Origin: Alphaproteobacteria bacterium
GTDB lineage: Bacteria; Pseudomonadota; Alphaproteobacteria; GCA-2731375
DNA: 64,000 nucleotides
Assembly: GCA_965232515.1 (NCBI GenBank)
Contig: CBDDPY010000002.1
Location: 864,001-928,000 of the forward strand
Reading direction: 5' to 3'
Positions 30,714 through 43,182 of the stretch are shown here, piece after piece; position 1 is the first letter of the stretch, and each line of letters starts with the position of its first letter. Under the pieces are notes generated by a model, which worked only from the letters and a program-made list of their open reading frames with translations, made no database searches and was not told the DNA's origin. A program made the position numbers and the translations under genes.

Positions 30714-31156
30714 TGCAGGTCTCGCCGACGTTGCAGCCGATCATCATCGGCATCGGTATCGACATTATCAGCATCGACCGCATATCCCGTACGCTCGACC
30801 GTTTCGGCGACCGCTTCGTTCAGCGGATCTTCACGGAGACCGAACAGGCCCGTTCGGAGCGACGGGCGAACCGCGCGCCATCCTATGCCCGCCGGTTCGC
30901 CGCGAAGGAAGCCTGCTCGAAGGCGCTGGGCACCGGCTTTCGCCAAGGCGTGTTCTGGCGCGACATGGGCGTCAGCAACCTGAAGTCGGGAAAACCGACC
31001 ATGGTCCTGACGAATGGCGCGCTGGCCCGGCTCGAGCGCCTGACGCCGTCGGGCATGGCGGCGCAGATCGACGTTTCACTGACCGACGAACCGCCTTGGG
31101 CCCAGGCCTTCGTCATCATATCCGCGGTCCAGGCCGTGGATCAGGAGCATTCATGA
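30713..31156 (+). CDS. acpS: Holo-ACP synthase
   Basis: [21 protein letters not shown] and VSLTD motifs. Confidence 0.96.
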   Translation: MQVSPTLQPIIIGIGIDIISIDRISRTLDRFGDRFVQRIFTETEQARSERRANRAPSYARRFAAKEACSKALGTGFRQGVFWRDMGVSNLKSGKPTMVLTNGALARLERLTPSGMAAQIDVSLTDEPPWAQAFVIISAVQAVDQEHS

Positions 31157-31938
31157 AGTTAGAAACGGTATTTCAGCGGCGGAGAAAGAGGCTGAGCAAA
31201 CCGAAACGCAAGGAGAGCGTGGGCGAGGTAATACGCACTGTCGTCTTCGCCGTTTTGATCGCGGTCGGCATTCGCACCGTTGCTTTCGAACCCTTCAACA
31301 TTCCCTCGGAATCCATGCTGCCGACGTTGCTGGTCGGCGACTATCTGTTCGTCTCGAAGTATGCGTACGGCTACAGCCGCCACTCGCTGCCGTTCAGTCC
31401 GCCGGTTGGCAACGGCCGGGCGTTCGAGGGAATGCCCAAGCGCGGCGACGTCGCCGTCTTCAAACTGCCGAAGGACAACTCGACCGACTACATCAAGCGC
31501 ATTGTCGGCCTGCCGGGCGACCGTATCCAGGTCCGCAACGGCGTGCTCTACCTCAACGACGAGCCGGTGAAGCGCGAGCGCGTCGACGACTTCGTCTATC
31601 GCGAGGCCCGCGGCAACGTCTACCGCTTCCCGCGCTATCGCGAGACCCTGCCGAATGGCAAGCAGTACATGACGCTCGACATGTTCCAGAACACCGACAC
31701 CGACAACACGGATGTGTTCACGGTGCCGCCGGGACACTATTTCGCCATGGGCGACAATCGCGACAACTCAATAGACAGCCGCGTCGCCCGCGGCGGCGTC
31801 GGCTACGTGCCGGCGGAGAACCTGGTCGGTCGGGCCGAGTTCCTGTTCTTCTCGACCGACGGATCGGCCCGAATCTGGGAATTCTGGAAGTGGCCGCAAT
31901 CGATCCGCTTCGGACGGATTTTCGACGGCATCCAGTAG
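31153..31938 (+). CDS. lepB: Signal peptidase I
   Basis: [22 protein letters not shown] and [12 protein letters not shown] motifs; AGGAG SD before ATG 31153. Confidence 0.97.
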   Translation: MKLETVFQRRRKRLSKPKRKESVGEVIRTVVFAVLIAVGIRTVAFEPFNIPSESMLPTLLVGDYLFVSKYAYGYSRHSLPFSPPVGNGRAFEGMPKRGDVAVFKLPKDNSTDYIKRIVGLPGDRIQVRNGVLYLNDEPVKRERVDDFVYREARGNVYRFPRYRETLPNGKQYMTLDMFQNTDTDNTDVFTVPPGHYFAMGDNRDNSIDSRVARGGVGYVPAENLVGRAEFLFFSTDGSARIWEFWKWPQSIRFGRIFDGIQ

Positions 31939-31940
31939 AT

Positions 31941-32630
31941 ATGAGCCAATCGCGTCTCGACGCGCTTTCCGACATCCTGGGGCACCGTTTCGCGCAACCT
32001 GACCTGTTGACCGAGGCTCTGACGCATCCCTCGGTCGATACCTCGCGGCAGGCCGGCCGCGACTACGACCGGCTGGAGTTTCTCGGTGACCGCGTCCTGG
32101 GGCTAATCGTCTCCAGTCGGCTGTTCGCCCGGTTTCCAGAGGCCGATGCCGGCGATCTTGCGGTCCGGTTCAACGCGCTCGTTCGCAAGGAAACGGTCGC
32201 CGACGTGGCCCAGGCCATCGACCTCGGCGACTTTCTTCGCCTGTCGAAAAGCGAAAGCCAGGGCGGCGGCCGCGCCAAGCCGGCGATCCTGGCGAACGCG
32301 CTGGAGGCGGTGATCGGCGCGCTGTATCTGGATGGCGGTTTGGCGGCGGCCGAGGCCTTTGTCGACGCGCATTGGTCGGAACGCGTGAACCGGACCTCGC
32401 ACGCCATGAAGGACGCCAAGACGCGCCTGCAGGAATGGGCGCAAAAGGACGCCATGCCGCCGCCGACCTATAACATCGTGGCGCAGGACGGACCGGCGCA
32501 CGACCCGGTGTTCACGGTCGAGGTCACCGTCGGCGACCGTCCGCCGATGCAGGCCGAGGGCAAGTCGCGTCGCGCCGCAGAGCAGGCCGTGGCGGCCGCC
32601 ATGCTGGCGACACTCGATCTCGATGACTGA
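31941..32630 (+). CDS. rnc: Ribonuclease III
   Basis: RLEFLGDRVLGL, EAVIGALYLDGG and a C-terminal dsRBD. Confidence 0.97.
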   Translation: MSQSRLDALSDILGHRFAQPDLLTEALTHPSVDTSRQAGRDYDRLEFLGDRVLGLIVSSRLFARFPEADAGDLAVRFNALVRKETVADVAQAIDLGDFLRLSKSESQGGGRAKPAILANALEAVIGALYLDGGLAAAEAFVDAHWSERVNRTSHAMKDAKTRLQEWAQKDAMPPPTYNIVAQDGPAHDPVFTVEVTVGDRPPMQAEGKSRRAAEQAVAAAMLATLDLDD

Positions 32631-33531
32631 GACGGCCGAGCCCACGCGCTGCGGCTTCGTCGCCGTCGTCGGCGCGCCCAACGCCGGTAAGTCGACGCTG
32701 ACCAACCAGCTCGTGGGCGCCAAGGTCTCGATCGTAACCCGCAAGGTCCAGACGACCCGGGCCCGCATCACCGCCATCGCCGTCACCGGCGCCGCGCAGA
32801 TCGTGTTCGTCGACACGCCCGGCATCTTCGAGCCGAAGCGACGGCTGGAGCGCGCCATGGTCGATGCCGCCTGGAGCGGGATCGGCGATGCCGACATCGT
32901 CGTGCTGCTGGTCGATGCGCAGACCGGCCGGACCGACGACACGGACCGGATTATCGCCGGCTTGAAGGCGGCGGGCCGGCAGGCGGTTCTGGCCCTCAAT
33001 AAGGTCGATCTGGTGAAACGGCCGAACCTGCTGGCGCTGGCGGCGGCACTGAACGAGGAAGGCGTCTTTACGGACACCTTCATGATCTCGGCGCTCCAGG
33101 GCGACGGCACGGCGGACCTGTTGGCGCATCTGGCCGCCGCGGTGCCGGCGGGGCCGTGGCTTTATCCCGAGGACCAGCTCTCGGACATCTCCGAACGCCT
33201 GCTGGCCGCCGAGATCACCCGCGAGAAGGTGTTTCTGCAGCTGCATGAAGAACTGCCTTATTCGATCACGGTCGAGACGGAGAACTGGCAGGAGCGGAAG
33301 GACGGCAGCGTCCGTATCGAGCAGGTCATTTACGTTCGCCGGGACACCCAGAAGGGCATCGTCTTGGGCAAGGGCGGCCGGCAGGTCAAACAGATCGGCG
33401 CCGACGCCCGGCAGGAGATGGAGACGGTGTTCGATCGGCGGGTGCACCTGTTCCTGTTCGTCAAGGTGCGCGAGAATTGGGTCGACGATCCCGAGCGCTA
33501 TCGCGAGATGGGGCTGGAGTTCCCGCGCTAA
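32623..33531 (+). CDS. era: GTPase Era
   Basis: GAPNAGKS, QTTR, DTPG and NKVD motifs; KH domain GKGG. Confidence 0.98.
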   Translation: MTETAEPTRCGFVAVVGAPNAGKSTLTNQLVGAKVSIVTRKVQTTRARITAIAVTGAAQIVFVDTPGIFEPKRRLERAMVDAAWSGIGDADIVVLLVDAQTGRTDDTDRIIAGLKAAGRQAVLALNKVDLVKRPNLLALAAALNEEGVFTDTFMISALQGDGTADLLAHLAAAVPAGPWLYPEDQLSDISERLLAAEITREKVFLQLHEELPYSITVETENWQERKDGSVRIEQVIYVRRDTQKGIVLGKGGRQVKQIGADARQEMETVFDRRVHLFLFVKVRENWVDDPERYREMGLEFPR

Positions 33532-33563
33532 CCACGGGATCGCCTTAGGAAACGGACGTCTGC

Positions 33564-34315
33564 ATGCACTGGAGCGACGACGGCATCGTGCTTTCCGTGC
33601 GCCGCCACGGCGAGACCTCGGCCGTCGTCAGCCTGCTGACCCGACGGCACGGCCGGCATGCCGGCCTCGTGCGCGGCGGGGCCGGACGGCGGCTGCGCGG
33701 CATCCTGCAGCCCGGCAACGAGGTCAGCGCCGAATGGCGCGCGCGGCTGGCCGAGCATCTCGGCACCTTCGCCGTCGAGCCCGGCCGGGCCCGCGTCGCC
33801 GAATTGCTGGACGATCCGGCCCGGTTGGCGGCGCTCGCGGCGGCCTGCGCCGTGACCGAAGCGTCACTGCCGGAACGCGAGCCGCACCCGGCGCTGTTCG
33901 ACGCGCTGAGGATACTGCTGGACTCGCTGGCCGACGGCGAGACCTGGCCCGCCGTCTACGTGCGCTGGGAAATGGGCCTGCTGCAGGAACTGGGCTTCGG
34001 TCTCGATCTCTCGCGCTGCGCCGCCACCGGCGATGTGGACGATCTGGCCTATGTCTCGCCCAAGAGCGGCCGGGCCGTCAGCCGGACCGCCGCCGAGCCA
34101 TACAAGCACCGCCTGCTGCCGCTGCCGGCTTTCCTGCTCGGCGCGCAAACGGGACTGCCGGACCGCAACGATCTGAAAAACGGCCTCGCGCTAACGGGTT
34201 ATTTCCTCGATCGGCACATATTCGCCGGCAGGAATACAACCGCGCCCCCGGCGCGCAATCGACTGGTTGAGAAATTTAAAGTAGCACCCACAACATCTGG
34301 TGATAATGTCCCGGC

Positions 34316-34319
<4 letters not shown>
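33564..34319 (+). CDS. recO: DNA repair protein RecO
   Basis: [29 protein letters not shown] and [11 protein letters not shown] motifs. Confidence 0.96.
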
Positions 34320-36541
<2,222 letters not shown>

Positions 36542-36570
36542 CGTCTCCCCCAAGTTTCTTGGGAGAGACC

Positions 36571-38205
36571 ATGGGTAACGACGCGGCCGAGACGGTCTAT
36601 CAGGCATTCCGGCGGACGGCTGAAACGCATCCCGACAACGCCTTTCTGTGCGCGCCGGCGCTGCCCGGCCGCGACTATCATCCCGAAGGCATCGAATACA
36701 GCTATGGCGAGGCCGCCGATGCGGTCGAAGGCCTGAAGTCGACCTACGCCGCCGCCGGCTTCGGCCACGGCCATCGAGTCGCCTTGCTGCTGGAACAGCG
36801 GCCGGAACACTTCTTCCAATACCTGGCGCTGAATGCGCTCGGCGTCAGCATCGTGCCGGTCAATCCCGATTATCGGCACGACGAGATGCTGTACCAGATG
36901 GACCATTCCGAGGCCGATCTCGCCGTCGTACTGGCGAAGCGGCTGGACGACATGCGGGCGGTGGCGGCGGATCGCGACAAGCCGTTGCCGGTGGTCGCGT
37001 TCGAGGACTTTCCCGACACGCTGCCGTCGCCCGGACCGGCGCCACTGGACGGCGCGCCCGGCCTCGCGACCGAAGGCAGCCTGATGTACACCTCCGGCAC
37101 CACCGGCCGGCCCAAGGGCTGCATCCTGACCAATGAGTATTACTTGAATGGCGGCCAGTGGTATTTCGACATGGGCGGGGCCCTGACGATCCGGCACGGC
37201 GCCGACCGGCTGTACAATCCGCTGCCGGCCTTCCACATGAATTGCGGCGCCAACAGCGTCACCATGTGCATCCTGTCGGCCAACTGCCTGATCCTGCCGG
37301 ACCGTTTCCATCCGACGCGCTGGTGGTCCGATCTGGTCGAGACCCGGGCCACCATCATCCACTATCTCGGCGTGATCGCGCCGTTGTTGTTGAACCAGGC
37401 CGAGGCGCCGGAAGAACGCCAGCATCAGGTCCGTTTCGGCCTGGGCGCCGGCATCGAGCCAGAGCTGCACGAGGTCTTCGAGAAGCGCTTCGGCCTGAAG
37501 CTGGTCGAGGTCTGGGGCATGACCGAGACCGGCCGGATCCTGGGCGACAACCAAGAGCCGCGACAGATCCACACCCGCGCATTTGGCCGGCCGCTGCCGG
37601 GCCTGGAAGCCCGGGTCGTGGACGACGACGACAACGACGTACCGGTCGGCACGGAGGGCGAGTTGCTGGTACGTCACACAGCCGACGAACCGCGGCGCGC
37701 CTTCTTCGCCGGCTATCTTAAGAACGAAGAGGCGACGGCCGAGGCCTGGCGTGGCGGCTGGTTTCACACCGGCGACACGGTGCGGCAGTCGGACGACGGC
37801 ATGCTTTACTTCGTCGATCGCAAGAAGAACATCATCCGCCGCTCGGGCGAGAACATCGCCGGCGCCGAAATCGAGGCCTGCCTGCAGGCCCATGACGGCG
37901 TGGCGCAGGTCGCCGTCATCGCCGCCCCGGACGAGATGCGCGACGAGGAGGTGATGGCCTGTATCGTGCCGATGCCCGGCGCCGGTCGTGACGCGGCGGC
38001 CGCTGAAATCCTGTTCGACTGGTGTTTCGAACGGCTTGCCTACTACAAGGCGCCGGGTTGGCTGCTGTTCGTCGACAGCCTGCCGACCACGGGCACCCAG
38101 AAGGTGCAGAAGGCGCAGATCTTCGCTCCCGACGAAGACCCGCGCTCACGCGCCGGCATCCACGATTTCCGCCCGCGCAAGAAACGCCGGCGGCAGGCGA
38201 GCTAA
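36571..38205 (+). CDS. Acyl-CoA synthetase/AMP-ligase (crotonobetaine/carnitine-CoA ligase-like)
   Basis: YTSGTTGRPKG, WGMTE, WFHTGD, FVDRKKNIIRRSGEN and PTTGTQK motifs; start ATG 36571. Confidence 0.92.
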   Translation: MGNDAAETVYQAFRRTAETHPDNAFLCAPALPGRDYHPEGIEYSYGEAADAVEGLKSTYAAAGFGHGHRVALLLEQRPEHFFQYLALNALGVSIVPVNPDYRHDEMLYQMDHSEADLAVVLAKRLDDMRAVAADRDKPLPVVAFEDFPDTLPSPGPAPLDGAPGLATEGSLMYTSGTTGRPKGCILTNEYYLNGGQWYFDMGGALTIRHGADRLYNPLPAFHMNCGANSVTMCILSANCLILPDRFHPTRWWSDLVETRATIIHYLGVIAPLLLNQAEAPEERQHQVRFGLGAGIEPELHEVFEKRFGLKLVEVWGMTETGRILGDNQEPRQIHTRAFGRPLPGLEARVVDDDDNDVPVGTEGELLVRHTADEPRRAFFAGYLKNEEATAEAWRGGWFHTGDTVRQSDDGMLYFVDRKKNIIRRSGENIAGAEIEACLQAHDGVAQVAVIAAPDEMRDEEVMACIVPMPGAGRDAAAAEILFDWCFERLAYYKAPGWLLFVDSLPTTGTQKVQKAQIFAPDEDPRSRAGIHDFRPRKKRRRQAS

Positions 38206-39800
38206 ACGGCGAAGGATCCGAACAGGATCCGCGGCAGCCAGTTTACGATTTCCGGGAAGAAGCCGAGGATCACCAGCGCCAGCACCTGGATGATCACGAA
38301 CGGCGCGGCGCCGCGATAGATGTGCCCCGTCGTTACCGTTTCCGGCGCTACGCCGCGCAAGTAGAACAGCGCGAAGCCGAACGGCGGCGTCAGGAACGAT
38401 GTCTGCAGGTTCATCGCCATCATCACCCCGAGCCAGATCGGATTGATGTCGAACTGCAGCAGGATCGGCGCGACGATCGGCACCACCACGAAGGTGATCT
38501 CGAGGAAGTCGAGGAAGAAGCCGAGGATGAACATGGTGAACATGACCACCAGCATGGCGCCGACGAACCCGCCCGGCAGGCTGGTCAGGAAGGCGTGCAC
38601 CATGTCGTCGCCGCCGAGCGCCCGGAAAATCAGGCTGAACAAGGCCGCGCCGATAACGATGGTGAAGACCATCGCGTTGATCATCATGGTCGCCTGCATG
38701 ATCTCGGACAGAATGCCGAGCCTGTAAAGCCGGACCAGCGAGACCAGAACGCCCCAGGCGAGTCCGATGCTGCAGATACCGGCGGCGACGATGCCGATCA
38801 TGTTGACGGTCGTGATCTCGTTCAGCCCGACCCGGAGATCGAGGGTATTGGTCAGGATCAGCATCACGATCATGGCGCCGGCGGCGACATAGATCGGCGC
38901 GCCGCTCGACTCGGAGACTCGCAGGCCCGCTAGCAGCAGGGCGCCGATGGCGCCGACGCCGGCGGCTTCCGTCGGGGTGGCCACGCCGGCCAGGATCGAG
39001 CCCAGCACGGCGACGATCAGCACCAGCGGCGGCACCAGCGCGTGCAACACCCGGATCAGCATCGACACATCGCCTTGCGACGACGACGCGAGCTGTTCGC
39101 GCGGAATGGCCGGCGCCGCCTCCGGACGGGTCAGCGCCACCATCATGGTGTAGAGCATATAGGCGCCGACGAGCAGCAGGCCAGGCAGCAGCGCGCCCGC
39201 GAACAGGTCACCGACCGACACCGGCTCCGGCGACCAGTTGCCCAGCTCGCGCTGCGCGTCCACATAGGCATTCGAGATCTGGTCGCCCAGCACCACCAGC
39301 ACGATCGACGGCGGGATGATCTGGCCCAGCGTGCCGGACGCGCTGATCACGCCGCAGGCCAGCTTCGGATCGTAGCCGCGGCGCAGCATGGTCGGTAGGC
39401 TGAGCAGGCCCATGGTGACGACGGTGGCGCCGACGATGCCGGTGGAGGCCGCCAGCAACGCGCCGACGACGCAGACCGCGAGGCCGAGACCGCCCTGCAG
39501 CCGGCCGAACAGCATGCCCATGGTGTCGAGCAGCTCTTCAGCGACCTTCGAACGCTCGAGCGTCACGCCCATGAACACGAACAGCGGCACCGCCAGCAGC
39601 ACCGTGTTGGTCATGGCGTTGCCGTAAATCCGCGACGGCATGGCGCCCAGGAAACTGACGTCGAACACGCCGAACAGATAGGCGATCCCGGCGAACAGCA
39701 GCGACGTGCCGGCCAGCGTGAAGGCCACTGGGAAGCCGAGCATCAAGAAGCCGCAGACGGCGACGAACATCAGGATATCGAGCGCTTCCTTGATGAACAT
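38202..39800 (-). CDS. dctM: TRAP large permease (DctM, with internal insertion)
   Basis: AASTGIVGA, SGTLGQIIPPS, ATPTEAA and QTSFLTPPFGFALFYL motifs; 532 aa. Confidence 0.93.
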   Translation of the reverse strand: MFIKEALDILMFVAVCGFLMLGFPVAFTLAGTSLLFAGIAYLFGVFDVSFLGAMPSRIYGNAMTNTVLLAVPLFVFMGVTLERSKVAEELLDTMGMLFGRLQGGLGLAVCVVGALLAASTGIVGATVVTMGLLSLPTMLRRGYDPKLACGVISASGTLGQIIPPSIVLVVLGDQISNAYVDAQRELGNWSPEPVSVGDLFAGALLPGLLLVGAYMLYTMMVALTRPEAAPAIPREQLASSSQGDVSMLIRVLHALVPPLVLIVAVLGSILAGVATPTEAAGVGAIGALLLAGLRVSESSGAPIYVAAGAMIVMLILTNTLDLRVGLNEITTVNMIGIVAAGICSIGLAWGVLVSLVRLYRLGILSEIMQATMMINAMVFTIVIGAALFSLIFRALGGDDMVHAFLTSLPGGFVGAMLVVMFTMFILGFFLDFLEITFVVVPIVAPILLQFDINPIWLGVMMAMNLQTSFLTPPFGFALFYLRGVAPETVTTGHIYRGAAPFVIIQVLALVILGFFPEIVNWLPRILFGSFAV

Positions 39801-39803
39801 CGC

Positions 39804-40346
39804 CTACAGCCCCTCGTGCTGCTCTTCGGGCATGGGCGCTTCCACGCCGATCAACACCAGGCTCGCGTGGATAGCCATCGAGATGCCTTGCAGGATGAGC
39901 ACGCCGCTGAACAGCAGGATCGAGGTCTTCAACAGGAACACGGCGGGGATGCCGCTGGTTTCCTGCGAGCCCTCCAGATTGGCCCAGGAATCGGCGACAT
40001 AGGGAAACGAGATCCAGAAGATCATGATGCAAACCGGCAGCAGAAACACGCAGACGCCGAACAGATCGGTCATCGCTTTCCGCTTCAACGGGGCTTCGCG
40101 ATAGAAGATATCGACTCGAACGTGACCGTCATGCAGGAGCGTATAGCCGGCGCCCAACAGGAAGTTGAAGCCGTGCATATAGACGATCGACTCCTGCAGG
40201 AAGATCGAGCCGATGCCGAACACGTAGCGCATGACCACGACGATGAACTGGACCAGGACCATCGTCAGTGACAGCCAGGCGACGCCGCGTCCGATAACAT
40301 TGTTGAACTGGTCGATGGCCCTCGCCACCGGCGCAAGAGACTGCAA
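39804..40346 (-). CDS. dctQ: TRAP small permease (DctQ)
   Basis: VVMRYVFG and YTLLHDGHVRVDIFY motifs; TTG start. Confidence 0.9.
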   Translation of the reverse strand: MQSLAPVARAIDQFNNVIGRGVAWLSLTMVLVQFIVVVMRYVFGIGSIFLQESIVYMHGFNFLLGAGYTLLHDGHVRVDIFYREAPLKRKAMTDLFGVCVFLLPVCIMIFWISFPYVADSWANLEGSQETSGIPAVFLLKTSILLFSGVLILQGISMAIHASLVLIGVEAPMPEEQHEGL

Positions 40347-40473
40347 TCCGCCACCCCGTCGTCATGCCCGTTCGGACACGTTGATTTTGCGTTGCAGTAT
40401 GGCGGAACGGATCTGGGGAGTATAGGCAAAAGCGCGCGACCGGGGCGCGTCATTTTGACCGGTTAGCTCGGCG

Positions 40474-41199
40474 TCAGCGCTCGATTTCGCGCCAACCGTC
40501 GTGGCCCAGCGCCTCGACCGGCTCGAAGCGGGTTTTGTAAGACATCTTCGAGCTCGCCTCGATCCAATAGCCGAGATAAACGTAAGGCAAATTCAATTCC
40601 CGGGCGTAGGTGATGTGCCAGAGGATGATGAAGGTGCCGGGGCTGTAGGCGGCGTAATCCGGGTCGAAGAAGCTGTAGACCAGCGACAGACCATCGTCGA
40701 GCAGATCGGTCAGGCAGACGCCGTAGAGCGTGCCGTCGGCATCGCGGAATTCGATCACCCGCGACGAGATTGGCGTGTCCTGGATCATGGCGACGTAATC
40801 GTCGAACGTCATCGCCGCCATGCCGCCGTCGGCGTGACGGGATTCCACGTAGCGGCGAAACAGGTCGTAGTGACCGCTGAGCGCCACCGGCGGCACGGTA
40901 TGGCCGCGTATCCGGTCGTTGCGGTTTAAAATCCGACGGAACGAGCGGCTTGGGCGGAAGTCGGCGGCCCTGATCCGGACCGGCACGCAGGCATTGCAGC
41001 CCAGGCAGCTCGGCTTGTAGGCAATCGACTGGCTGCGCCGGAACCCGGCCCGCGACAGGCGGTCGTGCAGCTCCGACGGCGTGCCGCTCGTCGCCAGCTC
41101 GGTGAACACCATCTGTTCCATCCGACCCGGCAGATACGGACACGGCGCCGGCCGCGACAGATAGAAATAGGTTAACGTCTCAGGTTTGAACGGCCGCAC
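40474..41199 (-). CDS. bpt: Arginyltransferase-family Asp/Glu leucyltransferase (Bpt)
   Basis: PCPYLPGR, GFRRSQ..YKPSCLGCNAC, RHADGGM, VYSFFDP and YLGYWI..KMSYK motifs. Confidence 0.92.
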   Translation of the reverse strand: MRPFKPETLTYFYLSRPAPCPYLPGRMEQMVFTELATSGTPSELHDRLSRAGFRRSQSIAYKPSCLGCNACVPVRIRAADFRPSRSFRRILNRNDRIRGHTVPPVALSGHYDLFRRYVESRHADGGMAAMTFDDYVAMIQDTPISSRVIEFRDADGTLYGVCLTDLLDDGLSLVYSFFDPDYAAYSPGTFIILWHITYARELNLPYVYLGYWIEASSKMSYKTRFEPVEALGHDGWREIER

Positions 41200-41220
41200 A
41201 ACCAGTCTGTCCCCTGTCCC

Positions 41221-43020
41221 CTAAAGACCATAATACCATGGTGCGAAGCAGGTGAAGGTTAACCAGACAATAAAAATGAGCGGACCGCCAGCCCGCAAAA
41301 AGTCGCTGAAACGATAGTGACCTGGCGCCATCACCAGCAGGTTGGTCTGGTAACCCATCGGCGTCGCGAACGAGCAATTGGCGGCGAAGACCACGGCATA
41401 GACGAAGGGAAGAGGCGCCACCCCCAGCTCCAGGGCGGTGCCGACGGCAATCGGCGTGAACAGTACCGCGGTGGCGTTATTGCTCATCACGTTGGTCAGC
41501 AGCGCGATCAGCAGGAACATGGCTGACAGCGTGACCGCCGGACCGAAGCCGGAAAAGACCGAGACGATCACATGCGCCAGGAAACCGGCGCCGCCGGTTT
41601 CCTGCAACGCCGCGCCCATGGCCAGAGCCGCGGCGATCAACAGAATGACGCGGCGGTCGGCTGCGCGCGCCGCCTGATGGATATTCAGACAACCGGTCGC
41701 GATCATGGCCGCGGCGCCGGCAAGGCCCGCGATGGCGATGGGCACGATGTCGACGGCGGCGACGGCGATCACGCCAAGGAAGATCAGCAGGGCACGTCGC
41801 GCCAGCGCCGCCGCCGGCACGTCATGCGCCGACCATTCGAGCAGCAGTACGTCCCGGTTGGCGCGGAGCGCCTGCACGGCCTCACGGCGGCCGACCACGA
41901 GCAGAACGTCGCCGGCCTCAAGGCGGATCTCGTCCATGCTGGCACGGATCATCCGCGACCGCCGCTGCACGCCCAGCACGATGCATTCGGTCTGATAGCG
42001 GAAACCGATCTGCTGCAGATTGCGGCCGATCATCCGTGACGCCGGCGCCACCACGACCTCCACCAGAACCTGATCGGTACCGCCCACCCGGTCGCCCTCC
42101 GGCAGAAGATCGGCGGTCTTGGCCAGCGCCTCGGTCAGCGCCTGCCGGGTCGCGGCGATGATCAGGACATCGCCCGGCATCAACGTGACCTCGTCGAACA
42201 ACGGTAAAAAGGCGTGTTCGCCGCGCTGGATCAATCGGACCGTGATGTCGGGCATGTTGGGGATCATGCCGGCGATGATGTTTTGTCCCACCAGGCCGCT
42301 GTCCGGGCGGACGGCGATCCGGGCGATGTACTGCTTGCCGTCGCCGCCGACGATCTCGCGCGCCATCGAGGCCCGATCGGGCAGCAGCCGCGGCGCAATG
42401 AAGAGGACATAAAGCAAACCGACGGCGGCAATGACGGCGCCCGGCACGACGAAATCGAAAAACCCAATGGGCGCATAACCCAGGCCGGTCAGCGCGCCCG
42501 AGACCAGAAGATTGGTGCTGGATCCAATCAAGGTCGTCATGCCGCCCAGGATGGCCGCGAAGCTCAGCGGGATCAGCAATCCGCTGACCGACCGCTGCAC
42601 CCGTTGGGCCAGCGCCACCATGATCGGGATGAAAATAACGACGACGGGCGTGTTGTTCATGATCGCGCTGAGCAGGGCGACGATGACCAACACCACGGCC
42701 GTGGCCATCACGGGGTGCTGCCGCCGCAGCAGCGACAGGCGTCGGATCGCGTTGTCGAGCGCGCCCGTCCGGACCAGCCCCTGGCCGACCACCAGCAGTG
42801 CAATAACCGCGATCAACGCCGGATCGGCGAAACCGGCGAGCAGTTGCCGGCTGTCCAGCGCGCCCTCGACGGGGGCGAAGTGGAACAAGAGCAGCAGCGC
42901 GGCGATCAGGCTGGTCGACGTCAATTCCATGGGGATGCGTTCGACCGCGTAGCTGATCAACGCCGCAACGATCAACCCGAAGGTCGGCCACATCTGCCAA
43001 GCCATATCGAGCACCGGCAT
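41221..43020 (-). CDS. SLC13 family permease with TrkA-C (RCK-C) domains
   Basis: SAIMNNTPVV, GGMTTLIGSSTNLL, two RCK-C repeats, SNNATA and TPMGYQTN motifs; start taken at 43020. Confidence 0.92.
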   Translation of the reverse strand: MPVLDMAWQMWPTFGLIVAALISYAVERIPMELTSTSLIAALLLLFHFAPVEGALDSRQLLAGFADPALIAVIALLVVGQGLVRTGALDNAIRRLSLLRRQHPVMATAVVLVIVALLSAIMNNTPVVVIFIPIMVALAQRVQRSVSGLLIPLSFAAILGGMTTLIGSSTNLLVSGALTGLGYAPIGFFDFVVPGAVIAAVGLLYVLFIAPRLLPDRASMAREIVGGDGKQYIARIAVRPDSGLVGQNIIAGMIPNMPDITVRLIQRGEHAFLPLFDEVTLMPGDVLIIAATRQALTEALAKTADLLPEGDRVGGTDQVLVEVVVAPASRMIGRNLQQIGFRYQTECIVLGVQRRSRMIRASMDEIRLEAGDVLLVVGRREAVQALRANRDVLLLEWSAHDVPAAALARRALLIFLGVIAVAAVDIVPIAIAGLAGAAAMIATGCLNIHQAARAADRRVILLIAAALAMGAALQETGGAGFLAHVIVSVFSGFGPAVTLSAMFLLIALLTNVMSNNATAVLFTPIAVGTALELGVAPLPFVYAVVFAANCSFATPMGYQTNLLVMAPGHYRFSDFLRAGGPLIFIVWLTFTCFAPWYYGL

Positions 43021-43182
43021 CGCCGCGCCTATGCCCGTGCCGTCCAGGGCCGCGTGCGGCCGCGTCGAACAGAGGCCGACACGGTCCACGTCATTCCGGT
43101 ATCATCCCGAAAAACATGGCGGGTTCGCCACGCCGCGCGGACCGGTTTGCTGGAGGAAGCCAACGATGAACTGTGAGCCGGC

